Assembly: GCA_050084985.1 (NCBI GenBank)
Contig: JBITNC010000001.1
Span: 1,922,001-1,986,000, forward strand
DNA: 64,000 nt
Direction: 5' to 3'
DNA from: Nageia nagi
Lineage: Eukaryota > Plantae > Pinophyta
Shown here in pieces: positions 49,601 through 61,330 of the stretch. The translations under genes and the position numbers were made by a program. The notes beneath the pieces were generated by a model. That model was not told the DNA's origin. It searched no databases and was given only the letters and a program-made list of their open reading frames with translations. Numbering within the stretch: the stretch's first letter is position 1; each line of letters starts with the position of its first letter.

Positions 49601-52600
49601 ACATGACGCAACCAAAAATTGTTATCACCATGGTTTTGCAACTGAAGAAACTCCTCAAGGTCATCTATGTAAATGCCATAGAGACTAGGAGAAAGAGGAC
49701 ATCCTTGTTTAACACCGATAACTATTGACAATGTTTGAAAGTCCATTAGAATTCCTAAATCAACCAACAACTATCATCTAAAGCCTCATGATGACAGTAA
49801 TCAAAGTATCAGAAATGCCAACAATGTGTAGCTTCTGAAGAAGCAAGTGTTGTGGAACAATGTCCAAGGCCATCCTGAAGTCCCAACACAACAAAACACT
49901 TTAGCAGACCTATGATGAGCCTCCTCAATGATAACTTGAAGTGATCAAAAAGTTTGGATCCTTTCAAATCTGCAAAATTTCTCTGTGAATTCACCTCTTC
50001 TCCAGTATTTCGGTGTTTTTTTTCAGTATATCAAGTCAATAATGTTGTGCATATATCAAATCACAAATGTTGTGCATATATCTAGGCAGAATGTTGTGCT
50101 TATAGCAACTTTACAACTCGTGTGTATAGCAGCCCAACAAACATTTTGCATATATCCTGACGGTAACGTTGTGCATATAGCAACTTTGCGATCCGTGTGT
50201 ATAACAGCCCGACAAACATTGTGCATATACCCAGGTGGAAATGTCATGCGTATAGCAACTTCACAACCTGTGTGTATAGCAACTTCAGATGGGAAAGACA
50301 CTTCATAGAGATTGACTACCTTATGGAAAATATTAACTGCCATGTGACGTATTTCAATTTGAGCAGGCCCATTTAGCCTTGATTAAGTATTTCTGGTATT
50401 TTTTAAAATTGTTGGAAAACCTGTAGGTGTTAATTATCTGTATATTGGTGCTTATGTATTTTCCAGAGAGTGGTATATTTACAATCTGAAGCTTATTTTA
50501 AGAGATTGTCTTATTATTTTTAGGCCAAATCAAAAACATATTGTTGGAGGATGTAGCTGTATTTTATATTGGAGGAGAATACTGTTGAGAGCATGTTTCA
50601 AAGGAGGCATTAAAATATTGTAACCACTTTGACTGCAAAAATAAACCCTTTGATGTTATAAAAGGGAGAATGGCGAGTGGAAAATTGAATTCCTTTTGTG
50701 AGGAGTTCCATGCCATAGGCACGAGAATGTAGGTTTCTGAGAAATGTAGATCTTCCATATTCTTGTAAAACTCCATGGCAACATAATTGCCCTGAGAGTA
50801 ATGGTGGAGGATCATTGTAGAAATTGCACATTGGAAATAACTCCATAAGGAAATTAGTATGATTTTGTGTAGAGGTAGATCGCCTAGTGGAGATAGTGGC
50901 AATCACATCAGGAGTGAGAATGTTGTGTGCGGCAAATGCAACAATATGTTATCCCAGCATAAGTAAAATTAAGCAGTGACTTTGTGAAGTGAGTTAGACC
51001 TTCGTTATGTTGGAGTGACTTGGCCTTCCAGCAAAGTGTTGGGAGTTGATGTTATTGATCATGGGATGACATTGTATTGGAGGTTCATCACTTAATAGAA
51101 GTTTTTTTGTTGGGTTTTCTCCAAGTACTCCAATTTTCCCTGGGTAAATGATTTTTGTGCATCATTTTGTGAGATTAATGGTGTGCATTTTATTTCCACA
51201 AGCACTTGAACTTCAAATGTGATAAATCCATTTGTGGTGATTGTAATTTCCCATTTTTCATGTTCTATATTTGACTGGTCAACATGGAGTGGTGTGTCCA
51301 TGTTGGAGAGCATTGTAGCACCTTGTTGCATTGTAATGGGGCCATTGGGCCACTTAGAGTGAGACGTCCCTCTTCTAAGGGCTTGTAAGAGCATTTCACG
51401 ATAAACTTAAGTAGAGTTAGGAGTAGCATTTATCATAATGTTGATTTCAAGGTCACATTGTAATATTGGCGCCCAAATAAGGACATCCCATGAATTGAGA
51501 TCTCATGACTTGATAGTGGTAATCGCAAGGCATAGATGGGTCATCCATCTTGATATGATTCCTAGGTGAGATCTAGACCTCCATGATGGGATGTTCAGCT
51601 ATAAGGAGGAGCACACTTATTTAGGATCATCTTGGTTATTCATTCATCTACTTCTTTTGGGACTTGGCCGCTAACCATTGTCACTAGTAGTATAATGTAC
51701 CCAATTTGGGACATTTAGAAGTCACCCTTCATGCTTATTCACTTTGGCTTTTAGTACTTAGATTAAGAGTTTTTTACTAGTCATTTAATGTATTTTCATA
51801 TTCATACTTGTGCCTCATAGGGCAGCGCTCAAGTAAGAGCAATTGATATATTTGTATTGGCTTAATAAAAGGGCCATTTTAATTAATTATACCTCCCACA
51901 CCCAATCGGCTATCTAAGGGAGACTTAAGGGCCATTTAATATTATTTTACTCCCTCCTCCTTGGTCAGCCAGCCTTGGGAGACATTATGAGCTTGTTTGG
52001 ACATCCATAAAGGCAAGACATGTGCATCATAACAAGACATCATAATTTGGCATTTGACCTTTGATCTTTCATAGTTGAGGCTGCTCCCCTCTCTTCCTTC
52101 TATGGTCTAGGGCTGCTCCCTAGACTAGAAATGGCATATTCGCGATTATCTAAACTTGGAGAGCTTGCGCCAACCTTGGAAGTCATTCTATCTCTAGCAC
52201 TAGCCTTTGGAAGACACTTGGAGACTTGCACCAGCCATCCTAGAACTTGTTACAGGCTGGTTACAGTCCTGCACTTATTCTTGGTTATTATTCATGATAT
52301 TTGGCTCTCATATTGCTCATTGAATGTGGATGAATGCCCTTCTACTACTGTTGTACTGTTATCAATATTTGTATGAGAATTAGAGTGTTTTGGTAGCACA
52401 TTAATATTACATAACAGATCTGCAATTGTGCCCTAGTTTAGATGGTTTTGCATGTTATATGAGCCTTACTACTGTTATATATCAGATCTGGTTACTGTTA
52501 TAAAAATTCAGTCTAGGAAGCATTATTGAATGGATGTTGAGCATTTACAATTTTCCCTAGTTGATGAATGAATGAATGACGAATTAGAGTGTTTTGGTAG

Positions 52601-54866
52601 AACATTACTGTTACATAACAGATCTGCAATTGTGCCCTAGTTTAGATGGTTTAGCGTGTTATATGAGCATCATTACTGTTATATATCAGATCTGGTTACT
52701 GTTATAAAAATTCAGTCTTGGAAGCATTATTGAATGGATGTTGAGCATTTACAATTTTCCCTAGTTGATGAATGAATGAATTGACAAATTGGATTGAGTA
52801 AATTGTGCATGTTTAGTAATCCAATAGTAGCCTATGATAGTAGGAAGTGCTCGTTCAAGGCTCTCATGGGTCTCACTATGAAAGACCATAATGCACCATT
52901 ACAATTCCAACAAACAATATCAATCTTGTCCCTACTCACTAAGACTCAAGGACACCTTCATTTAGTCCGCCAAGGGCATGCCCACCATGAGGAGAGAGAG
53001 TCATGGATCATTACTCTACAATTTTGGGTTACCACCCATTCGTTCTTTTTTCCTCGCAATCATGACATGGTGCAATCCTTATGTAGTTCTTCCATTTGAA
53101 GTTTTGTGAGATCTTCATCCATGTAATTTTTTTGTGAAAGAGGAAATGGTCTCTTTTTTACTCCTTAGGCCTATAAATGATCCCATGTTGATAGTAAGGG
53201 AATAACTAGCATGTTATCAAGAGTCGTCCTAGCTTTCTCCAAGAAAATGTTTTTCAAGTCTACAATATCATGCAAGAAAGTGTGACCAATCTGGAACAAA
53301 GTGTTAGTAGTAGGAGGCCACACACTCAAAGATTGAGTGCCTAGGCATGGTGTACCCTCTCTTCTTCAAATTTAACATGCATTGCCATTTCAACCAGAAA
53401 AGGAGTCTTCTTATCTTTGTCCACTAGCACCCACAAACAAAAGGAGTCTTCTTACCTTTGACCACTTGCACCCACAAATTGTGTTCTTCCACCTACTTTT
53501 GAATGGATTGTTATTAGGCAATTGCTTCTTGCTTAAGATGTTCCTGTTGTGTAATTATCTCTTATTGTTTATCCCTGATTTCAGAAACTACATTATGGAG
53601 ATGTTGTAATTGTTGGTTTGGGATCTCAGCAGTAGCAAGCGTCTGGGATTGTTCAAGTCTATCAATTCTATCTTTCAATTAGAAAGAAATAAAATATACT
53701 AATGTTCACATGTAACCAAAAGCGGTCAATAAGAATGGAGCATACACGGATGATAAGAAAGTAAGAAAGGCCCAAGATGGCCCACCCTACCTCTAAACCA
53801 GACTAAAAATAGGTACAAGAAAGGGCAAAAAACGATAGTATTGAGCATAAAGCTTATGGGAAAATCAATGTAATAGTGAGCGGATAACAACAAACCACCT
53901 TGAGCATAGAGAAGCTCAAGGACGATCCTTCGCTAGAGGTAGCAAAATCACGGAGACGACTAAGGAAGCGAACTAGTGTTGCGAGGGCCCACACCTTGAG
54001 GGGCTCGTGGCCAAACTTTGCTAGCAACATGTGGTAGAAACGGTCCTCTTAATTCGAATGAAGCGAGAAAGTCTGCTATGGTCCAATTTGAGGTCTTCAA
54101 ACTAGGGCCCCACAGCTCAATACAAGAGAACTATGGGGGTGAGCAAGATATCAAATAGCTGAAGTTCCAATGAAGTGTACCCCTATGGATCCTGGGTGAG
54201 ACCGTGGGTCTCATTGAAAACTTGGGTCTCGAGAAGAGCACACCCAAATAGATGTAAGATGTGAAGGGCTTAATGATTCTACCCCAATATGTGATCTAAG
54301 TTTGGAGGGTTGTAGTCCTAGAGATATTGAATGCTCTATTGGTTTCACTAAGGTTGACCACAAACTCTTGCCTAAAGCAATCAAGGACCACGAGATACTA
54401 TAGGCCCTCTACCATGTGTGAGAGGTGAACAATGTAGCAAAAGAATGGGGACACGACGAGCGTCAAAGAGAGTGGACAGCCCTGTTTCACATCAATGGTT
54501 CTAAGAATACTGTATGAGAGGCAAGCTATAAATATTAACAAGTTATCACCTCACTTGAATACTATTTACTCAGAAATGTTATTGCTGACAATATCCAAAC
54601 AATACATATCCCATAATGTCAAAATTATTCAAGCTTTTGAAAGCATTACAAAGTAAGCATATTGAGTTTATTAAAAATAGCCAGGAACGTAAACTTTGCA
54701 AGTGCTATGCGTGGATGCACTGCCTGTTTGAACATACTCAATAAGAAACAATAAAAACTTTAAAATAAATTGGACCGGGTATCATTCAATATGTTACCGC
54801 TGATTAATACCTTCTGAATCTCTTCTGCTGAAGACTTCGCCTCATTATTTTGCTCTGAAAAAGCCT
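22541..54866 (-). CDS. 3' part of a multi-exon gene for a conserved plant coiled-coil protein ('myosin heavy chain-like' type). Exons 54811-54866, 30762-30851, 30553-30656, 23095-23286, 22852-22961, 22541-22622. 5' exons lie beyond the window
   Basis: All introns are GT-AG. Spliced peptide: xAFSEQNNEAKSSAEEIQK|QEKGKHDKHLRDLALMVERQESGRQKLLAE|IDAQSLEIERLFQENANLTVA(frameshift)EGMTNVAAQWESQ|VQDCLQQNAELRIMLDRLRTEQA...ENLKLK|GELAKAQTKAEALAAQVMQLSAELKHTRQAYNSLPRL|YRPILWNIENHLIQMKADNFVSDTAL*. Heptad-rich. I cannot assign the exact orthologue. Confidence 0.8.
22852..22961 (-). CDS. Host gene exon (110 nt)
   Basis: Acceptor acag, donor GTATAA. Encodes GELAKAQTKAEALAAQVMQLSAELKHTRQAYNSLPR and ends in phase 2. 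Confidence 0.88.
23095..23286 (-). CDS. Host gene exon (192 nt)
   Basis: Acceptor gcag, donor GTTGGA. Encodes VQDCLQQNAELRIMLDRLRTEQA...ENLKLK, within ORF 22999..23316. Confidence 0.88.
24663..24869. repeat. Perfect inverted repeat, 102-bp arms with a 3-nt loop
   Basis: 24663-24764 is the exact reverse complement of 24768-24869. Loop TAG at 24765-24767. Confidence 0.97.
24829..30268 (-). mobile_element. Non-autonomous Ty3/gypsy (chromovirus-derived) element encoding Gag and protease only
   Basis: LTRs 24829-26018 and 29048-30268 with TG..CA termini. TSD GGTAG/AGTAG. PBS (tRNA-iMet) at 29034-29045, PPT GGAGGGAGGCTT at 26019-26030. Gag, CFFCKKFWELCH knuckle, protease LFDLGALHNFI and LGVQWL present. 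No RT, RH or IN. Confidence 0.92.
30553..30656 (-). CDS. Host gene exon (104 nt, apparent 1-nt deletion)
   Basis: Acceptor gtag, donor GTATAT. Reads IDAQSLEIERLFQENANLTVA, then continues in a shifted frame as EGMTNVAAQWESQ. Confidence 0.8.
30762..30851 (-). CDS. Host gene exon (90 nt)
   Basis: Acceptor atag, donor GTTAGG. Encodes QEKGKHDKHLRDLALMVERQESGRQKLLAE. Confidence 0.85.
31356..34200 (+). mobile_element. Degenerate hAT transposon (BED finger / DUF659 / dimerisation domain)
   Basis: LECNYCGKVI..IKYHLA at ~32030, DGWTN at ~32613, WISCIAHCIDLILENI at ~32835, CEHDWIMFEHIHSKK at ~33820 (cf. CERNWS). Ends are approximate. Confidence 0.8.
37964..38161. mobile_element. hAT-type MITE (198 bp) inserted in the Gypsy gag-protease linker
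   Basis: 13-bp TIRs CATAGAATAAAAA / TTTTTATTCTATG. 8-bp TSD GTCTACGC/GTCTATGT (two C>T changes). Subterminal CCGTATTT repeats. Confidence 0.85.
40203..44148 (+). mobile_element. Near full-length degenerate LINE (APE-RT-CCHC), RTE-X-like
   Basis: APE motifs: GVACLIRD, CYFPP, IIILGDFNAKIG, VDYVLAS. RT motifs: YRTIMI, FQTIDHIFTLRAIIEE, FVDF.KAF, PLSPTLFGLYIDDLE, LFADDV, TYTYLGVQF. C-terminal CRLCSLQEIENEKHLIFRC. 3' tail (TATTTC)n. The flanks rejoin into the Gypsy LTR. Confidence 0.9.
47210..49722 (-). mobile_element. RTE-X-like LINE fragment interrupted by a solo LTR
   Basis: Minus strand reads IGVKQGCPL, then LAINLGKTKVMIFNTSR and ITTYTYL|GVQF, split at the solo LTR. The 3' part matches the reverse complement of 43650-43730. 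Confidence 0.8.
48263..49372 (+). repeat. Solo LTR of the 35192-44690 Gypsy family, opposite orientation
   Basis: TGTGACATCCCCC...GATCTTTACA is the reverse complement of the Gypsy LTR. Perfect TSD AGGTA (48258-48262 and 49373-49377). Confidence 0.93.
49723..51284. repeat. Probable solo LTR with an internal 75-bp tandem repeat
   Basis: Inverted termini TATTGAC(TGTTGAC)...GTCAACA. LINE sequence appears to resume on both sides. About 2.6 copies of a 75-bp unit at ~50090-50285. No clean TSD. Confidence 0.5.
52377..52785. repeat. Tandem duplication, 2 x ~204 bp
   Basis: GAATTAGAGTGTTTTGGTAG...CCCTAGTTGATGAATGAATGAA starts at 52377 and again at 52581, with few differences. Confidence 0.92.
53680..54530 (-). 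mobile_element. Internally deleted RTE-X-like LINE fragment
   Basis: Minus strand reads TIDVKQGCPL and SYIYLG. The 3' end GAACATTAGTATATTTTATTTCTTTCTA resembles the tail at 44120-44148. Confidence 0.7.
54811..54866 (-). CDS. Host gene exon (56 nt)
   Basis: Acceptor ttcag, donor GTATTA. Encodes AFSEQNNEAKSSAEEIQK and ends in phase 0, compatible with the next exon. Confidence 0.6.
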
Positions 54867-56599
54867 CTGAACATCAGACAATGAAAACATACTACAATAA
54901 TTGCAGTGTTTGCATACAAAGGGCACACATAAGCAACACAAGGGTAAAGAATTACATTTCTTCAACATTTGCATGCATTAAAAAGAATGGTAGTTTTGGG
55001 ATTTTTCTTTCTGAACTCGTCTAATAGCAGGAAAGACAAACCATCATTATTAAACAAGCAGATTATATAGTCAAATCACAGAGAACAATTTATTACAAGA
55101 ATCCTCATTTGCTTTTACTCCCATATTAATTTGCAAATTACAACCATCAAGACAAAAACATGAACAAATTTACACAGAAGTAAAAAAATGAAATTCTGAC
55201 AAGCCAATGTTTTCTTCTTTGAAATCAATTTAGATTCATATTACATAAAAATTTCAGTTTCCGACCAATACAAAAATTTGTGAACATAAAAATGATATAT
55301 ATAATATATTCCAGAAGATTTCTCCATAGTCCATGCTATTGAATTTTCACACACTAACAATTGGTATCACCTAATAGGAAGGATGTATTTAACTTTTGGA
55401 GTTGTTCATAAGGAAAACAAGACACATGAAAACACTTGTTAGACTTCATTTGATCCAATCTTTATTCGATACACAGAGATCAGGATCATCAAAACGAAAG
55501 AAACATACTATTGTCAGGCCATTGTATATGAGGATCAACAAAACTAAAGGTCATCAAAAGGGATTTCTCCTTCCACTCATTTTGAGATGGTTCCAATCAT
55601 CAAGAATTGTATATTTTCAGAAAAAATATTCAATAAAATTCAAAGAAATAGAAAAACTCAAAAGGGGGTTTCAACATCTCTGCATTTGATTTCCACAATA
55701 AATAGAAGACCTGAAAGATTTTAGGTTGTTTAAATTTGTTTATTAACTAAAGGCTCCATAGGAAGAAATGACAAATGCAAGAAAAGGAAATATTTATTAT
55801 TGAATCATATAAAAGCTAGCAAGAGTTATACTTTGAACATAAGTGAATACTTCACAAAGTATGAAGAAGATAGAAGAATCTAGCATAAAGGCATTCATCC
55901 ATTCATTCCCCATTAACTTCACACTGATGAGGGTGTAAACATTCCATTTGGCTTCCAAAATAAATAGAAGACATGAAAGATTTTGACTGTTAATAAATTT
56001 CTGCGTTAACTAAGGGAACAATAGAAGGAAACTGTGAAATTATGATGCTGATGAAAGGAAAAGACGAACTCAACTCCTGTCCAAGTGTCAACCTGGCCAA
56101 ATCTTCAAGAATTGTAACTGTATTGATCTGTAACTGTGTATGTTCTCTTTTATAACACTTACATGGAAGAATATGTAATTGAAGGGAAGACAAAACATTA
56201 TTCCCAGTCCCTACGATAGTGCATTATTAGCTGGTAGTAGTAGATTGTAATAGAGAATCAGAAAGTAAGACATTTTGGTGTGTATTATTAGCTGGTAGTA
56301 GTAGATTGTCTTTCCATTTTTTGTTGTGCAACAATCAATAGAAGAAAATCATTTATGATCCCTACAGCTTCAACTCTCTAATGTGTGAATATTGAATCCG
56401 GGTTAGATTTTGCCATTTAGATAGCCTTTTTGCAAGTATAAACTGCTTTTCGCAACCAATCCTAGAAGAGCAGCATTTAGGTACTATTTGTCCTAGAATG
56501 CAAGCAATATGGTACCCTAGTCCCAGAAGGCCCATGTTCTGGTCCCCTTTTCCCAGAAGGCCTGCGTTCTGGTCCTGGGTGGTTTTCAGGCTTAATGGA

Positions 56600-57640
56600 G
56601 TCGAAATTTCACGTTTGGTATGAATGCCTTTGCCAATCTCGAAGTGGAGAGAACTTGTGTTATTGATCCTTTGAAGAATTGAAGGAAGACTACACTTATT
56701 GTTGATTGGGTGTCATGAAAAACAACTCTCTCCCTATTCCAGAGTTTAATAGGCAAGATTATGGATGTTGGAGCATAAAGATAAGAACAATGTTGAATGG
56801 GAATGATAAAAGAAAGATGTAATAAGACAAACCCTCATTGGATGTTAAGTTTGGGACAATAGGCACTTCCATAGAAGAAAGGCCTATTGAATGTAAAAGG
56901 GCTAAGCAATGTTGACCACAGTACTGAAAGAAGATGGACAACAAGTCTTGTGCCTTCCAGAATAAACAATGATAATGGCCTCATACCTTATAATAGAATG
57001 AGCACCGAAAGATGAAGTGGTCCTCGAACTCGATCTCAAGTGAGCATAGATGGCAAGTCCACAAATCATGCGTTAAATGGTGGTTAGTCTCCACTTTCAA
57101 CTGGTGAGAGCAAACCCTTAAGCTACCCAAGAAACATCAATCCCAAAGGTAGGTGCAAGTTGATATACCCAAGGGAGAGGATCAACCCTCATCAATCAAA
57201 AGAAACTTGGGCATGAGGGGATGTTGAGGCATGACCCAGGTGGTCTATACGAGGGCCCTATATATCATCTCTTTGATCTTTGTCAAAGAATCACTAGAAG
57301 AGCCCCCTTGGAGCATAAGTAGCCTCTCATGAGAGAAACCAAAGCTCTAAAGTATCTCAAAAGCCTCAAAAAACCAAAACCAACGACATCCCTAAGCAAC
57401 AAGATCAATCGAGGAAGTCAAAGCCCTAGAGGGAAGACTAACTGCAACTCCTCTCAAGCCTTCTAGGCTATGCAAACATCGAACAAAAAGAACAATAGAA
57501 GCAATGGCCCAAATCTGAAGGGGTTGGCAACCGAACTTTGCAAACATTATGACATAGGTGATGTTGGGAAGGAAACCTTTCCTCTTACTCGACGATCGCC
57601 CATTTGATCAAGACGGGAAAGCAACCTAGCATGTAGGTGA
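56600..57640 (-). mobile_element. Degraded L1-type ORF2 (RT) fragment, probably continuing at ~61330-61780
   Basis: GDPLSP-like motif near 57170-57195 on the minus strand. Heavily mutated. Confidence 0.35.
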
Positions 57641-57648
57641 GAACACAT

Positions 57649-60600
57649 TGTTGAACTCCTCTTGTAAGGACTGATACCCCAAGGTTTCTATCGGAAAGCT
57701 CGTGTCGTTAATACAAGCTTTAAATTTTTAAGTCTTGTTTGGGAATCAACTGAGTGGTGTAGTAGAGGTAATAACTATTAACTCACGTTTTTTGTAGGGA
57801 TTGAGTGTGTTATCTTAAAATAGTTTGAAAGTTGCCATAAGTTTTAAAGTGTAAAATAAAGAAAAGAAAAAGCGAGAATGAGACCGAATACTGGCTAGAC
57901 TCAAAGAGGTAATCACAATGCAACATTATCTAAACGTTCCCTCTCTCGGATCAGGTAAGAAATCTTGTTCAATTTAATCAAGTCTTTGAAATGGATAACT
58001 ATTGTCCAATCATTCCAAAGATGAGCAAGAAGCAAAACTGATTGTCAATACTCTGTGAACAAGATCGATGCAACCAAGTGGACTAAGCGTGAGTGAAAGT
58101 GAATAGTTTTGAACAAGAAGTCTAGGAAGATGTCTTAAGAGAAAGTCGATACAGAATACTAAGCATTTAACAAGCAAGCGATGAATTAGTAACAATTCAA
58201 ACATTTTTGACAAGTTTATAACAAATTCTCCTAAAACTCGAGAGTTTTCAAAGAGAAGGCACGAAAATGTTTAAATTACGGAAATTGTTCTAAAAAGATC
58301 AATCCACAACTCCCGTAGATGAAAACACACTTTGAATCAACTTGTAGCCATTTGTATTATGATTGCAGAAAAGTTTTGCATAAGTACATCAATTTGCTCC
58401 TCAATTACAAAAATTTTCAATTTTCATGAAAATTGGCCTTTTCTTGGACTAAACATTCTGCCTCAAAATGTGACCCCCTAGGGTCTATTTATAGACTTTT
58501 TAGGTCAAAATTTGAAGGTGTTGCCCTGATTCTTTAAAAAGCTCTAAAATGCTAATCTGAATGCTAAATTGAGATTACAATTACATTTTAGTGGGAGAAC
58601 GGTCTCATCCCACTAAAATATGCTAAAAATAAAAAATTTACAAAAATTGATACCCTCTGGCATGCATTTCAAGGCATTTTGCATCAATTTGGCAAAAATT
58701 AAAGCTTCAAATCATCTTTTTGGATCCTTCTAACGGTTCTTTTGAGCTCCTTCTTTCTTTGAATCTGGATTTGCCCTTGATGTGATCATTGTGGCAAATT
58801 TTCAAGGGATTCTGAGAGAATTTTTCGAAAAAGTGGATCTGAAAGTTGGAAAAATTTTAAAAAGTGGATTTGAGCTCATGGATGGATGGAGGATAGGATT
58901 ATAAGGTACTTGGCAAGTTTTGAGAGGTTTTGGAGCTTTTAAAGAGGTTTTGTGAAGGATTTGGGATTTTGGCAAATTTTCCCATTGTCATGTCTATGGA
59001 TTTCGTTTGGTAGAAAAAAAGTGAAATTTTCCATTTTCATGTCTATGGATTTTGTTTGGTAGAAAAAATTGAAATTTTTCACTTTCATGTTTATGGATTT
59101 TTGGTAAAAAAAATGAAAATTTCCATAGGAATGAAAAATGTCTCCTAGATTTTTGAACCCTTTAACTTTCTCAAATTCCAAAGTTTAAAGTTGCTTAGAA
59201 TACCATTTTCCATGCAATGAACACAAAATTTTCGATTTTTGAGCAAAATTTGATGTTCCTCCTCAAGTTAGACGTTAGTTTTCACTTGTATGGATTTGGA
59301 AAAATTAGAAAAACTGTGCCTAGCTTTTTGGTGCCTTATATGTGCTCAAAATCGAAAATTTGTAGGTTTATATGTGCTTGGAATTACTTTCTTCATGCAA
59401 GGAAGGGGTCCAACTTGAATTTAGACCAAATTTTTAAATTCTTCTCAACTTAGGTGCTAGATTTCAGCCCTATGGATTTACAATCAGCCCCAAACCTGCG
59501 CCTAGGCTTAAAATTGGAAATTTGCAAGTTTAAATGTGCTCAAAATCACATTTTGCACCCAATAGACCCCTCAAACTTGTGTTTTGACCAAAATTTGTGA
59601 AATTTTTTCATCCTAGGCACCATTTTTCATTTTTTTTGGGATTTCCATAGCCTTGAAAACCTGTGCCTAGCCTTTAGGGTGTTTAAAAGTGCTCAAAATT
59701 GATTTTTCCAAGACCCAAATGTGTTCAAAATGCCAAATTTCACTTAATGGACACCCCAAACTTGATTTTTGATGAAAATTTGTCAAATTTTTTATTTTAG
59801 GCGCCATTTTTCACTCCTTTGGATTTGGACAAACTAGCAAACCTGCGCCTAGCCTTTAGGGTGTCCAAAATTGCTCAAAATTGAATAATTGAAGACTTAA
59901 ATGTGCTTGAAACCCCTTTTTCCATCAATCTATGCCTTTGGTTTGGTCTTTTGGTCAAAATCCATTTTTCTCCTTCAAGTTAGGCGCCAAAATGCAAGTC
60001 TGGATTTCCAATCATTTGGAAACCTGCGCCTAGGATTTTAGGGCACTTCCATTGGCCAAGATAAAAAATTTGTAGACCTAAAGTGCCTTAGAATGGGATT
60101 TTACATGCAAAAAAATCATCTCCCTTAATTTTCGAGACAAATAACATTTTCTCCTTGGTAGCTAGGCACCAAAATACACCCCATTGGATTTCTATTGGCT
60201 TGGAAAACTGCACCTAGCCTTGGAGGGCTCAAAACTTGGTCAAGATCGAAAATTTCAAGTCCTAATTGTGTTAGAAATAACCTTCTCTCTCCAATGATGC
60301 TCTTAGACTTGTTTTTCGACACCATTTGCATTTATCTCTTGAAAAGTTTTCATATTTTGCCATTCCTGGGAGCTATGTGTCAAAACCCAGGCTCTGATAT
60401 CACTAAAATCCTCAAACTATGCTCTTGGACGCACCTTGTGCATTTTGGACCCATGGCTGCCATTTCCGAGCTTGAACTTGACCAAATCCACATTTTCCGT
60501 TATTTTCGGGCTCAAACTATGCGTTTTCGATCCTTCCCGACATTTCCAAGCTCAAACTCTAAAAAATAGTCATTTTCGGCATTCGTAATCAAAATCAAGC

Positions 60601-61330
60601 TTAAACTATGAAACACAATCATTTTCGGCACTTCAGAGCTCAAACTCTACATTTCCGACCATTTCCAGTCAAAACCAAACATTTATGTGCATTCCCGGCC
60701 AAAACCGCACTTCTTGAGCATTATGGGCCCAACTTCACATTTTTGACCATTTCCAAACTTTCCAGATCCAAACTATGCAAAAAATGCACATTCTTGCCTT
60801 GCTAACCACTTTCGAGCTCAAAATTAACAAAAACGCACATTTTCTATCATACTTGCCCTTTTTCAGCTTTCCGAGGTCAAAATTGACAAAAACCCTTATT
60901 TTTGTCATCTTAGCCATATTCATTGCACCTGGACTCAAACTTGACAAAAACGCTTATTTTTGTCACCTAGGCACCTTTGTGCTCAAATCGTGCAAAAACA
61001 TGCATTTTTGTCACACTTGGCACCTATGAGCTCAAACTCTGCAAAACTAACCCCATGTGCATTGACCGCACTCTAGACCCAAAACTTCATGCTCTGATGT
61101 TGTCTCTCAGATACTGGCTCTGTGGCTCCAAAACTAGTGACTGAATACTTTGATACTCTCCACGGTCTTCATCGCATGATCCTTGAATCACTCCCTAATA
61201 TCATGTTTGCACTCTTTAGAATGAACTATCCATCGCCAAAAGCCAATCTCAAGGCAATGCACCTCATTGCCTTTGCAAAAATAGGGTCCCCAAAATCTTG
61301 TCTTTTGGGGTGTGTTGTGTAGGCACAACA
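57649..61330. repeat. Large (~3.7 kb) probable solo LTR with several internal tandem arrays
   Basis: TGTTG...CAACA termini and non-coding content. ~45-bp repeats at 58980-59130, ~180-bp array at 59300-60300, shorter GAGCTCAAA-type repeats at 60450-61050. Left end uncertain. Confidence 0.55.
59300..60300. repeat. Degenerate ~180-bp tandem array (about 6 units)
   Basis: The anchor AAAC(C)TG(C/T)(G/A)CCTAG recurs at ~59311, 59492, 59657, 59840, 60021 and 60206. Confidence 0.8.

Noticed and set aside
22541-54866. Specific gene symbol for the host gene
   Set aside because: The family is recognisable as a conserved plant coiled-coil protein, but I cannot name the orthologue reliably without a search.
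55690-56310. Short imperfect duplications (55690/55953 and 56223/56283)
   Set aside because: Ordinary intronic local duplications with no further structure.
59300-61050. Regularly spaced motifs resembling a CRISPR array
   Set aside because: The spacers are homologous to each other, the repeats are degenerate, there are no cas genes and the context is eukaryotic. It is a tandem repeat.
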